A DNA stretch of 63,921 nt, counting the filler, from Octopus bimaculoides (lineage: Eukaryota): assembly GCF_001194135.2 (NCBI RefSeq). It is 7 parts of 6 records of this genome, joined end to end, with 100 filler letters (N's around TTAATTAATTAA, not from the genome) between each part and the next. Parts side by side here need not be neighbours in the genome. Positions count along the whole stretch, not along the records: positions 1 to 26,292 come from NC_069005.1; 6 more parts are not named here. One strand, 5' to 3'. Positions 13,040 to 24,715 of this stretch are shown piece after piece (the first letter of the stretch is position 1; each line of letters opens with the position of its first letter). The position numbers and the translations under genes are program-made. The notes beneath the pieces were generated by a model. That model saw nothing but the letters and a program-made list of their open reading frames with translations, was not told the DNA's origin and searched no databases.

Positions 13040-13950
13040 CTGAAAAATGGTATGATCACAAGGTGAAGATACTGGAAAAGGAAAATACAAAGATCCTCTG
13101 GAATTGTAAATTACAGACAGATAGGGTCATGGAACACAAGACCCGACATTTTATCTCTCAGAAAACATCTCATGAATGTATGACAGCAGATATAGCATGC
13201 TCCTTTGATACCAGAGTGAAAGAGAAAGAACAGGAAAAGCTTGATAATTACAATGATATGTGATGCTAGACTGGATAGTTTTGAGAATGTGAGAGTGTAA
13301 AGGTAATGCCACTTGTCATTGGTGCGTTGGGTACCGTAAGCAGAAATTTTAAAAATTCGAGAAACATCATGGTTGTGACAAACTTTTCTGTTATGCGGAA
13401 AGCCTGTTTATTAGGGAATCTTACAAAAGATACAGGATGTGATTTGTTATCTAGCAGAATGAACCGATATAACACCTAAGGCGAAGTTGTTGTTGTTGGC
13501 ACTTCGTCGCTTACGACGTCGAGGGTTCCAGTTGATCCGATCAGCGGAACAGCCTGCTCGTGGAATTAACGTGCAAGTGGGTGAGCACTCCACAGACATG
13601 TGTACCCTTAACGTAGTTCTCGGGGATATTCAGCGTGACACAGTGTGACAAGGCTGGCACTTTGAATTACAGGTACAACAGAAACAGGAAGTAAGAGTGA
13701 GAGAAAGTTGTGGTGAAAGAGTACAGCAGGGTTCGCCACCATCTCTTGCCGGAGCCTCGTGGAGCTTTAGGTGTTTTCGCTCAATAAACACTCACAATGC
13801 CCGGTCTGGGAATCGAAACCGCGATCCTATGACCGCGAGTCCGCTGCCCTAACCACTGGGCCACTGCGCCTATACCCTAAGGCGAAGAGATAACAGCAAA
13901 AAAGATAAAAATGAAAATAATAATAAAAATAATAACAACAACAACAATAA
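13040..13950 (+). mobile_element. R4/Dong-like (RLE) non-LTR retrotransposon 3' fragment, SINE inserted in tail
   Basis: WYDHKVKILEKENTKILWNCKLQTDRVMEHK, DIACSFDTRVKEKEQEKLDNY, VMPLVIGALGTV; ends in an AAT/AAC-rich tail. Confidence 0.8.
13487..13870 (-). mobile_element. Full-length tRNA-derived SINE with (CAA)n tail and target-site duplication
   Basis: Head GGCGCAGTGGCCCAGTGGTTAGGGCAGCGGACTCGCGG...GGTTTCGATTCCC; tail GTGCCAACAACAACAAC. TSD core CCTAAGGCGAAG at 13475-13486 and 13876-13887. Confidence 0.9.
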
Positions 13951-14559
13951 AGATGGTTCTCATGGCTTTTGATCTTAACTGATTGGAAGTATTAACATGT
14001 ACATGCTTTGTCTTGATATAAAAGATGGGCTACAGTAAACGTTCTACACAATACCGCAACTTTACATGTCAGTTGTTTGACCTTAACCAGTTGCGCATGT
14101 CTCTTGGTAGCTGACAATGTGTGCAGTTTTGATCACGAGCAGGAATATGGGGGAGCATGATAGCCATGTGTTGAGAGGAATTCTTTGGGGTTTGAATAAT
14201 TCCCCTTTGTAAACATGGGTGCTTTGTTCATCGTCCTTAAACAACCCTCATTCAGGGACCTTTTGAACGGGATGGGCTACTCAACCTGAAGAAAATTCTG
14301 AGCCCCACCTGTAAGGTCATGCACTTTTTATCTTGATATAAGACCACCGTGTTGCTCACATATAATTGTGTACCCTTATCAGACGGGCAGTCATGATGAG
14401 CTTCGTATATCTGTACCCTAGTGTCACCTTGATGGCATGCGCTGCTCTTTCACTGTCTACTATAGGCACAATGCCTGGAATTCGAGAGGAGGGAGATAGT
14501 CGATCACATCGACTCCAGTACTTGGCTGATACTTAATTTATCGACCCCGATAAGGTAGT

Positions 14560-17400
14560 AATCAGAAAATTGAACGGGTAGTACAGGTTAGAAGGAAGGG
14601 AAAAAATAAACAGTACATGAAGAATTAACGCAAAAGGTGTCTGCATTAAAGGCTAAATTGAAAAGATGCAAAGGTTTCGAACAGAAAAAACTGTACCAAT
14701 CAAATAGAAGGCGTCTTTTTGAGGAAATAGAGGGAGGCCAACACCAAAAACTGATTCCAGATGCGGAAAAAAGTAAAGAATTTTGGGGAGGATCGGGGAA
14801 CAGGCCTGTGAGACATAAAGAAAGTGCAGAGTGGCTAACAAAGGTGGAAAGACAACTTGCAAGACAAAAGGANNNNNNNNNNNNNNNNNNNNNNNNNNNN
14901 NNNNNNNNNNNNNNNNNNNNNNNNNNNNNNAAAACTGTACCAATCAAATAGAAGGCGTCTTTTTGAGGAAATAGAGGGAGGCCAACACCAAAAACTGATT
15001 CCAGATGCGGAAAAAAGTAAAGAATTTTGGGGAGGATTGGGGAACAGGCCTGTGAGACATAAAGAAAGTGCAGAGTGGCTAACAAAGGTGGAAAGACAAC
15101 TTGCAAGACAAAAGGACATCAGAATTAATCTATATACAGTGAGACAGAAGTTAAAAATAATAGCTATTTAGAAAGAACTGAACCCGGATGGAGTACAAAG
15201 CTATTGGCTGAAGAACTTTACAAAGTCGCATGAAAGGATCGCTGCGCATCTAGATGACTGCCTGCAGCAAGATCTCGTCCCTGCCTGGATGACAAGTGGA
15301 TGAACGTTGCTATGTCTCAAGGATCCCTTGAAAGGGAACTTAGCATTAAATTTCAACCTATAACTTGTTTACCACTTATGACCGTTTCTTGCCGGAAGAG
15401 TTATACAACCATCTGGAAAGTAACATTCTACTTCCAGAAGAAAAGAAAGGATGCAAGAAACAAAGTAGAGCAACAAAAGATCACTTATTAGTTGATAAAA
15501 TGATAATTAGAAATTGTAGATGCAGATTGACAGGACTAAATGTTGCAGGACTAGATTACATAAAAACAAATGACATGGTACCACACAGTTGGATAAGTAA
15601 AACAATGAGCATGTTTGGAATAGGAAAAAAACGTGGAGAAAATGCTTAATGTAAGTATGAAACATTGGAATACTAAGTTGATCGGAGGAAAACAAAAACT
15701 CGGAAAAGTGAACATCCGACGTGGAATATTCCAAGGTGATAGCTTATCTCCATTACCAATCGTATTCGCCATGACGCCGCTCACTATGATACTATGGAAA
15801 GTTGAAATAGCTTACAATTTGCGAAAAGGAAATGGTCAGATAAATCATCACCTTTTCATGGATGATATAACGGTTTATGCAAAAAAAAAAAAATTAGAAA
15901 CAGCTTGAAAGTCTTGTAATACTATCCACATTTTTTCAAGTAACGTAGGGATGGACTTTTGGGATAGAAAAGTGTGCTGTTTTGAAAATGAAGATTTGAA
16001 AGAAGCTAGGAAATTGAAAAGTCAAATGGGTAAACAATGAGAGCGGTTGAGAAAGGACAGTGGTATAAGTACTTGGGAATAGTGGAAGCAAGCGAAAAAA
16101 AAAATGAAGAAATGAAATAAATTACCAGCAGGGAGTACAGAAGGAGAAAGAGAACATTATTGCACTCAAAGCTGAATTCAAGCAAATTTATTGATGCAAT
16201 AAATTCAAGAGCAGTACCCTTAATCAGATATGGAGTTGGAATTATGGACTGAACCAAAAACGATATAAAGAAACTTGACAGAAAAACTAGAAATCTGTTG
16301 ACAAGGTATGGAGCCCACCACCTGAAAGCTGATATCAACCAACTACACTTGAGGAGAGACCAGGGTGTAAGAGACTTAACAGTAGTGGAAGAATATGTAC
16401 AGAGGGAAAGAAAAGGCCTAGTAGAATATTTACAGAGTAGCACAGAGAAACTACTAAAGACAGTGAATAAAAAAAAAAACAGATGATCAAGTGCGTAATA
16501 GGAGAAAAGAACAAGAATGAAATAGAAACAGTGCACGTCAGACAGATTAAGGAGAAACCTCTGCATGGTCAGTTTTGGAGAGCCATTAAAAACGTAGGTG
16601 GAACAAAATCCTGAGCTTGGTTAAAAACGGGGCAATTAAAAAAGAAACAGAAAGCCTAATTATAGCAACCCAAAATCAAGCGATAAAAACAAACAACTTA
16701 AGTAAAAATACATATGGAGAGAATGTGTCAGAAAGATGTAGAGCCTGTGGAACTTGGAACGAGATAGTGGCACACATTGTGGAAGAAATCTCCAAGTTGG
16801 CACAGGACGCGAATAAGAGATAGAGGCACGACCAGGTCGTAAAACTTTTAACTGGAAACTTTGCCAGAAATAGGGATTTGAAGCTAGAAACACATGGTAT
16901 AATCATCGGGTTGAAAAGTTTCTGGAGACAGGAAAAATGTAAGATTTTGCGGAACTTTCCTATTTTCTAACTTGTCAGAAGTTGGAAAATAATACACCGG
17001 ACATAACAATTATAGATAGGGAAAAGCGAAGATGCTTACTAATCGACCCATCATGCCGGTTTGATTCCAAGATCGAAAAGAAAGAGGACGAAAAACAAAG
17101 AAAATACAATCTCTTAAAATTTGAAATAGGACGAATAGGAGTGTGAGAACTGCCAATGTCGTGCCTATAATGATTGATGCATTGAGAACAGTAAGCAAAG
17201 ATATAGACAAATGGTTGAAGGAGATTGAAATAGAATACCCTGTAGAACTCCAACAAAAAGTTTGTGACTTAGGGATAGCAAGGATTATCGAGAGGTTTCT
17301 AAGCCTTTGAAAGACTACTGAAAACTTGAAGATACCTAAGGTTACAGGTAGTAAACGGCTACCCATATAAATCCTACAAGGAATAAGAATAATCCTGAGT
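14560..17400 (+). mobile_element. R4/Dong-like RLE non-LTR retrotransposon, 5'-truncated, decayed
   Basis: PDGVQSYWLKNF, QPITCLP, KKGCKKQSRATKDHLLVDK, LDYIKTNDMVPHSWI, RRGIFQGDSLSPL, HHLFMDD, YGAHHLKADI, CCHC knuckle CRACGTWNEIVAHIVEEI, then RLE region to LGIARIIERF. Confidence 0.9.
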
Positions 17401-17799
17401 CAAACCAAAAATAATACTTTGCTAAAATTTTGAGATGTTCATAGATTTCTATACCTTAGCTATGCTCTGTCCAACCTAGATTTCCATATGCATATTTGTC
17501 CCCACGTTGGAATATTGATACATCTCTCCTACTTCTTCCTCCTCTCTCTCTCACTCGATCTGTTGGCAATTTAACGCTCAAAAAATGTGTAAGCCCGTTC
17601 ATATTATTTTAAAGTTTGAGATATCGCTGTCTGTAATACAAAACCTTGAGATATTTATAGATAGAACAGTCCCAACTTTTGGGTAGTAAGAGCGCTGCAG
17701 TCTTGGTTGACAATCTTACTAGAGATCGTGTCTCGATAAAAAAAAATACCGGTTGGTGGCTATCCTTAAAACACAAACCTCAATATTGATTGAAAATGT

Positions 17800-19980
17800 C
17801 TAATACAAGTGTATCAAATAATGGTGTAAATGAAGCTGCAATCAAAAGTGAAAGCCTTTCGCCAGGCTGGTGCCCTGTGGTTGAGCAGCGCAGGCCCGGT
17901 TGTCATTCAGAGACTGCTTATACACAAAGTTAGAGGCAGAGAGGAAGGTGGGATTAGGAGGCAAACCAAACGGTAATTGAATGCTGGATCAGACTTGAAC
18001 CCAGTAGAAGGGGATTCCGATAAAGCATGAAAGCAAAATGGAATGAAATAGGACTCTTCGAGATAAGTAAGCAATGGTTAGCCGACAAGGTAAGAGCAAT
18101 AAGAACAAAAGGGAGGTTAACAGACATGGAAATAGAAGAGATAAAAAGGAAAGTAGAAAGCAGTAATAATACTTCACCTGCAGATAACGTGCCTAGCGAG
18201 GACGGAGAAATGAGTGGCAACAGTGAAGATGTAGAGCAAAGTGTAAATGTAAATGCACTCTCAACAAATGAAGCAGAGGTAATAGGAAGAGCTATATCAC
18301 AAGAATACGATGATGATCAAGGAAACAATGAGGTGAGGATGATGTGCCGATATATTAGAGAAGACCAGGATCAAACATCCCCCAATCTGACGTACACTGA
18401 TCGACGCAAGCTCAAAGCTGAAACCGAAAGGATAGACTCTGTTTTGTTTTTTTTTCCAGACGGGAAATATAACTAAAACTAACAAGATTCTGGGGCTGCA
18501 GCTATGGTTGCTGCAGATAGAGTTGGATACAAAAAAAAAGAGACTAAACAGAGCGTAAAGAACCATACTGGCGTAGACGAATTTGTGAGAAACGAAGTTT
18601 AAATGATATTTAGGACAAGTTGATAGATTGAAAAGAAGGGAATTTCAGAACGAAAGCATAAGAATAAGATTGGAAAGAAAATATAGAATAAGAGATAAAG
18701 GGTATGGTGTGAATTGGTTTCAAAGCTGAATGTCAGAAACATAATTTCGGCAATAAACTCGCGCGCACTCGCAGTAGTTCGGTATAGCGCTGAAATCCTG
18801 AAGTGAGCAGAGAAGGAGCTAAAGGAGTTGGACAGGAAGACAAGAAGGCACCTAACGATGCATGGAGCCCATCATCGTTATCGTAAACATGTTGCCAGCT
18901 TTAAGACAATCGATAAGAGACATTCAACATCTTAGGAAGATTTTGTATGGAAACTGAAGGATGATAAAACGAAGTACAACATTAATTGGTCCATAGTAAG
19001 CTATGCGAAACCATACGATATAATTTCCAGGAGATGCCGTCTCTGCTCCGAGGAATCCCTGTCTATTCTGTGGACTAACGAGAAGATAATTAGAAAAATT
19101 TCTGAACGACTCTCGAGATGCCTACACGCATATAAATGTACATTCGCACAATGCAGTGAGAATAAATTTTGAGTAACCGTTAACTTAATTTACTTTAAGG
19201 TATGGATTACTTTTAACTTCCCCATTCTTATAAACACAAAGTTGATAAATAACTCGCTTTGTAATCATGTGTGCACCAAACCTCCCGTGTGCGTATGCTC
19301 ACATTTTTGCAGATGCTTGTATGAGCGAGTGTACTCGCACCATGCAGCTTACCCGAGGGCGTTTATACAGCCATACCTGTTAACGGTTATTATTGATAGT
19401 TTTCTCGCTGGATTGCGTATTCGTTTCTCTTTTAGTGACCTGTGATTTTATTTTTGATCTTCTATATAAATGAATATATTTCCTCTACAAAACGGAAAGT
19501 TACATTGCGGAACAGTCATTTTAACGAGTTGTATTTATCTATCACCCGACGAGATACATCTGCACCACCGGATGCTCCTGAACCAGTTGTTCAGTGTCCC
19601 ACCCAAGAGGAATCGATGCTAGATGTGTCGAAACAATTGTCGTGATTAATAATAAATTCTCTTATATTCCATCTTCTGTCTTTCATTGAAATTGCAAAAC
19701 TTTGGAATATGAAAACTGCAAAGGTTATGACTATAATAATTAGTGCATTGGGAACAGTCAGCAAAGATATAGACAAATGGTTGAAGGAGATTGTAATAGA
19801 ATGTCTTGAAGAGCTTTTACAGGAAGTTTACCTCTTAGCAACAGAAAAGGTTATCAGGAGGGTTTTAAGCGCTTTAAAGACTATAGAAACCTAGCGGGTA
19901 CCTAAGGTTAGAGGTAGTAACCCGCTACCCACATAAATTCTACCAGGAATAAAACCGAACCTGAGTCAAATTAATAAGAA
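17800..19980 (+). mobile_element. R4/Dong-like element: N-terminal Myb-like region, large internal deletions, Penelope fragment inside, 3' end retained
   Basis: ORF 18027-18476 (MKAKWNEIGLFEISKQWLADKVRAIRTKGRL) resembles the N-terminal Myb-like domain; 18720-18875 encodes ISAINSRALAVVRY...LTMHGAHH; 19700-19980 matches the 3' end at 17150-17400. Confidence 0.75.
18876..19690 (+). mobile_element. Penelope-like element 3' fragment (GIY-YIG C-terminus and terminal repeat)
   Basis: RYRKHVASFK, FVWKLKDDKTKYNINWSIVSYAKPYDIISRRCRLCSEESLSIL, SRCLHAYK. Hammerhead-like 3' half GAAAC-AATT-GTC at 19630-19641. Confidence 0.75.
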
Positions 19981-20012
19981 TAATAATCATAATAATAATA
20001 ATAATAATAATA

Positions 20013-20225
20013 TTTTCTATTAAAGGCACAAAGCCTGAAATTTTAGGAGCGGGGGGGCTAGTCGATTACATCGACGCCAGTACTCAACTGGTACTTATTT
20101 TATTGATTCCAAGAGGATGAAAGACAAAGTCGACCGCGACGGAATTTGAACTGAGCATGTAAAAACGGACGAAATGTCGCTAAGCGTTTTGCCAGGCGTG
20201 CTAACTATTCTGCTAGCTCGCTTCC
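20013..20225 (-). mobile_element. tRNA-derived SINE (family of 12330-12534)
   Basis: Same head, body and tail; flanked by (AAT)n on both sides. Confidence 0.85.
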
Positions 20226-20254
20226 TTCAATAATAATAATAACAATAATAATAT

Positions 20255-20723
20255 TCTTTTCTACTCTAGGCACAAGTACTCTAGACCCCCAGTACGCAAC
20301 TAGTACTTAATTTATCGACCCTGAAAGGATGAAAAGCAAAGTCGAACACGGCGGAATTTGAATAAGATTGGAAAGAAAATATAGAATAAGAGATAAAGGG
20401 TATGGTGTGAATTGGTTTCAAAGCTGAATGTCAGAAACATAATTTCGGCAATGAACTCGCGCGCACTCGCAGTAGTTCGGTATAGCGCTGAAATCCTGAA
20501 GTGAGCAGAGAAGGAGCTAAAGGAGTTGGACAGGAAGACAAGAAGGCACCTAACGATGCATGGAGCCCATCATCGTTATCGTAAACATGTTGCCAGCTTT
20601 AAGACAATCGATAAGAGACATTCAACATCTTAGGAAGATTTTGTATGGAAACTGAAGGATGATAAAACGAAATATCGCTAAGCATTACGCCCGGCATGCT
20701 AACTATTCTGCCAGCTCGCCTCC
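20255..20723 (-). mobile_element. tRNA-derived SINE interrupted by a 312-bp foreign segment (20360-20671)
   Basis: SINE body to 20360, resumes at 20672 with ATATCGCTAAGCATT...GCCAGCTCGCC. Confidence 0.85.
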
Positions 20724-20726
20724 TTC

Positions 20727-20761
<35 letters not shown>

Positions 20762-20837
20762 CAACAGCAACAACAACAACAATAACAACAACAATAATAA
20801 TAATAATAATAATAACAACAACAACAACAACAACAAC

Positions 20838-20899
<62 letters not shown>

Positions 20900-20905
20900 T
20901 AATAG
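20727..20905. repeat. (AAT)n/(AAC)n compound trinucleotide microsatellite
   Basis: Direct reading; explains the poly-I/T ORF calls. Confidence 0.98.
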
Positions 20906-20989
20906 TTCCAGGGCGATTCACTCTCCCCTCTCCTCTTCTGTCTTTACATCATTCCTTTGTCTCACGAGCTGAATAGAACAAATCACGGT

Positions 20990-22230
20990 TACAAAGTGTT
21001 TGACACGATCATCTCATGGATGATCTGAAATTACATGCAAAAGATAAGGATCTGAAAGGGCTACTGTGAAAAAATTCAGCGATGACATAAATGTGGGATT
21101 TAGCCTTGACAAAAATGCAAAATATTCGTTCAAACGTGGTAAACTGACAGCTAATGCAACGACCCAACTTGATCATGATGCATTTGTCAAGGACCTGGAT
21201 CAAGAAGGTTTTATAAGTACTTTGGGATACATGAAGGAAAAGGGATTCAACACAGATCGATGAAAGAGAAAATCAGGAAAGTGCATTATAGCAAGAGAAT
21301 GGTCCTGAATACTGAGCTGAATAGAATTACAGCTATAAACTCCCTGGCGGTACCAGTTGTCCAGTATGGCCTTAATGTCATCAATTGGAATCTGAATGAA
21401 AGCCAGCGTATGGACATAAAGACCAGAAAACTGCTGACACTACACAGGATGCACCACCCAAAAGCAGACGTCTACAGTCTCTATCTACCGCGAAAGGAAA
21501 GCGGTAGAGTCCTAAACCAATTTGAAACGTCCTATAAAAAGACTACGATAGGACTTCAAGTGTATATCCAAAGTAAGACCGACTGGATGATACAATTGGT
21601 ACGGAAACACGAACAGAGGAACAAATTGCACTCAATCTTAAAGGAGACATATAAATACAGAGAGTTTCATCTCCCTGATTATGATGATATTAAGGAGGAC
21701 ACATGACCCACTAAGGCAGCAAAAAAGTGTAAAACAAAAGCCAAACAAGCAAGCTCGAAGGAAATATCAAGACTGTAGCAAGAAAAACCAGTGTATACTT
21801 GCAATGGAACGTATGCCGTCACTATGATATCCCACACCCTGAAAGCTAGTATGAACAACACCCAGAGCCAATTACCTAGTGAGAGAATGTTACCATCCTA
21901 GACAAGCAAATAAATGCTAAACAACTAGACATCGTCATCAAAGACAAAAAACATGCCTGTTAATTGAAAGGAATTTGAAAAACTATCGAAATGTAAGGAT
22001 CTTGAGATTGAGATATGGATGTGGCAATTGTATGTGCCCTAGGAATGATTAAGAAAGGTAGTGACAAATTTTTTGGTCAGATCTCTGGGAAACCAACAAT
22101 CTATAAAATCCAAAAAATAATGTTGACATCAACCGCCCACATTCTCAGGAAGTTTCCCTCCGTCTAGTGTATACGTGTTTTAGGTTTCTGGTTGAGACCC
22201 GGCCGGAAGATGAAATAAAATGCAAATCAA
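20990..22230 (+). mobile_element. R4/Dong-like RLE retrotransposon, second subfamily, 5'-truncated
   Basis: LMDDLKLHAK, VKKFSDDINVGFSLDKNAK, RITAINSLAVPVVQYG, MHHPKADVYSLYLPRKESGR, RLE region and IQKIMLTSTAHILRK. Confidence 0.85.
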
Positions 22231-22254
22231 TCGGAAAATAATGATAATAATCCT

Positions 22255-23068
22255 TTTAAGAGAATGAGGATAGTCGATTATGTCTGGTACTTAATTTATC
22301 GACCTCGACAGAATGAAAGTCTAAGTCGACCTTGACTGAGAACTTAAAATTACAGAATATATGCGGCAAGATAATTTTCCTGATATTCTGACGAGTTTAC
22401 CAGCTCGCTCCATAAATGGTTTGAAAATTTGGCACAAGGCCAGCATTTTTACGAGAAGTGGATTAGTCGATACCGTTGTTTCAGGGCCGATAAAATAATG
22501 CACCTTTACTTGACTGGTGCTTTATTTTATCGGCCCCAAAAGGATCAAAGGTTTGTAGGATTTGAACTCAGAACGTAGAGCAACAGAAGAAACACTGCAA
22601 AGCATTTATTCCGACACTCTAAAGATTCTGCCAACTGATGCTAAATACATTCAAATATTGATTTCAAATTTTGGCACAAGGCCAGCAAATTTGGGGAAGG
22701 GGATAAGTTGATTATATCAACCCCAGTGTATAACTAGTACTTATTTTATCGACTCCAATGAAAGTCAAAATCGACCCCGCGGAATTTAAACTCAGAACGT
22801 GAAGACGGACGAAATACCGCTAAGCATTTTGCCCGGCGTGCTGACGATTCGGCCAGCTTGCTGCCTTAATATATTTAAATATTCTGTTCTACTCTAGGCT
22901 CAAAGCCTGAAATGTTTGAGTAGGGGAGGACAGTTGATTGGATCGACCCCAGTGTGCAACTAGTACTTAACTTATCGACCCCGAAAGGAATTCAGAATGT
23001 AAAGACAGACGAAATACTGCTAAGTATTTCGCCTGGTGTGCTAACCTTTTCTGCCAGCTCGCTGCCTT
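22255..23068 (-). mobile_element. Stack of four same-orientation tRNA-derived SINEs
   Basis: Copies at about 22255-22410, 22417-22642, 22660-22867 and 22884-23068, each with the TTATCGACC body and CCAGCT head. Confidence 0.85.
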
Positions 23069-23140
23069 AATATATTCAAATATTAATCATAATAGTAATC
23101 ATAATACAAAAAAAATAGACACTGAACTATATTGACTTAC

Positions 23141-23265
23141 CAATTAAATATTTTGATCTCGTATAATTTTCATGGCGAAAAATCGTTGTTGATGTAACAT
23201 TTTGAACAGTTTCATGTTTATTCAGTGAGCCAAGATTTACTTCCACACGATCGATGAGGCCTTCA
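23141..23265 (-). CDS. Trypsin-like serine protease, internal exon between His57 and Asp102 regions
   Basis: Acceptor TTTTATCTTTAG, then EGLIDRVEVNLGSLNKHETVQNVTSTTIFRHENYTRSKYLI, then donor GTAAGT. 125 nt, phase 2-1. Final G plus AA of the 7684 exon gives E-N-D-I in frame. Confidence 0.88.
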
Positions 23266-23559
23266 CTAAAGATAAAATAATAATATTAATAATAATTTCT
23301 GAGGTTAGTCACGATTACATTTCAAGGTCACGGTTACAGAAAACAGGGAGGTTTTACGAGTCAATAAATTTGGAACAAAAACAAACACGGTAATAATAAC
23401 ATTTTAACAAGTAAAATTCCCCTGTAATAAGAGAGACTCCGAGGCTCCACAAAATCACGGTCACCTTGACCACTGAGGCAAGCCCCTGTCAGAGCAGCTT
23501 GTCTCCACTTTTAAAAATGTTCTCAGAGTAAGCCCATTCACTCAGACCATGCTTTCTCA

Positions 23560-24410
23560 ATGAATTTGCTTGAAGACAGTACTTCTCTTTCAGTTCTCAG
23601 TTTATTTTTCAAGTTTGACCGAAGAAGAAAGTGTCTGTTTTCATTCATTTCAATTTGGTCCAACACGCAATCTCTTTCGTCAGAACCACCTGACATATAA
23701 AACGTATCTACCTTTTATGGCCAAAGAAGGCAGTGGTTTTCAGCCGATGGCCAGATCCGCCCCATACGCGGCAGTACGCGTTCAACATTACCCCACAAGT
23801 GAGTAATTCTCGAGTTCTTGATGAAGTGCATGCAGAACGGTTTCATCACTCTGTGTTGATCGCGTACGGGCACGTCTATGCCTGTAAAGCTTATATCCAG
23901 TAGGCAATGCCCCCAACCCCGGTAGCACTACCAGACCAAAGATTTCTAAAAATTATTAATCGACCAGACCAAAAGTTCTCCGGAACTTTTGGTATATTAA
24001 TCAGTTGATTTGTGTTGATGTCTAGAGCTTCCTCGCCATGGTGGAAATTCTACCCAATACATTACCCAACTGAGAGAAGGCTGTGAGCACTTGAAAACAT
24101 TCCAGATGCCAGGAACAGAAACGAGCAGTGAAACAAATTCCAACTTACAAACGGCGATCATTTGTTCACCGTTAAGAAATTGCTGGAGATTTCGCAGCTT
24201 CAGTGCATGTCTTCAGATACATCATCCTCAGTCCTCAAAACAGCGAATGATAACAGCAAATGGTGTACCTGACCCGTGGAACGTGTCACCTCATTCCAAT
24301 TCTTCTTCATTTGGAGCTCTGGAAGGATCGGGTGAGGTAAGAGTGAAGGAAACTGGAACGATAATAGGGTTGTCAAAAAGGGACGTTGGTTGACAATGAC
24401 CCCCTACATA
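23560..24410 (-). mobile_element. Highly decayed Tc1/mariner-like remnant(s)
   Basis: AYGADLA (PYSPDLA-like) near 23750-23775; TIR-like AAAAGTTCTCCGGAACTTTT near 23971. Confidence 0.3.
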
Positions 24411-24675
24411 CTTTTGTCAGATTTAGAAAATAGTGCTTAAAAACCTATCTGTACAGAGTTGCCTGGAGTCGGTTTTCTTCTCAAAACAAGAAAATAAATA
24501 AACAAAAACCAAAAAGTTTACAGAGTAAGTTGAGCAAAATCTTCCCAGGCTGATTCCCAAGGAATATTACTGACCAAAATCTGCGTCAGCAATATTGTCG
24601 ACAACAGTAGCAATAACAACAAAATCAAAAGAATGTGTGCGCGCGCGCGCGTACATATGAATAGGTTTGGATAAT

Positions 24676-24715
<40 letters not shown>

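Noticed and set aside
13795-13870. tRNA-like sequence (also SINE heads at 12450-12534 and 52742-52810)
   Set aside because: Each continues into a SINE body and tail and lacks a clean cloverleaf, so they are SINE heads, not tRNA genes.
14687-15116. 186-bp tandem duplication inside the RLE LINE
   Set aside because: The two copies flank an N gap and differ at one base (14794 C versus 15038 T). This fits unmerged haplotype contig ends. The same pattern occurs at 2395-2530, 31495-31570 and 63238-63490.
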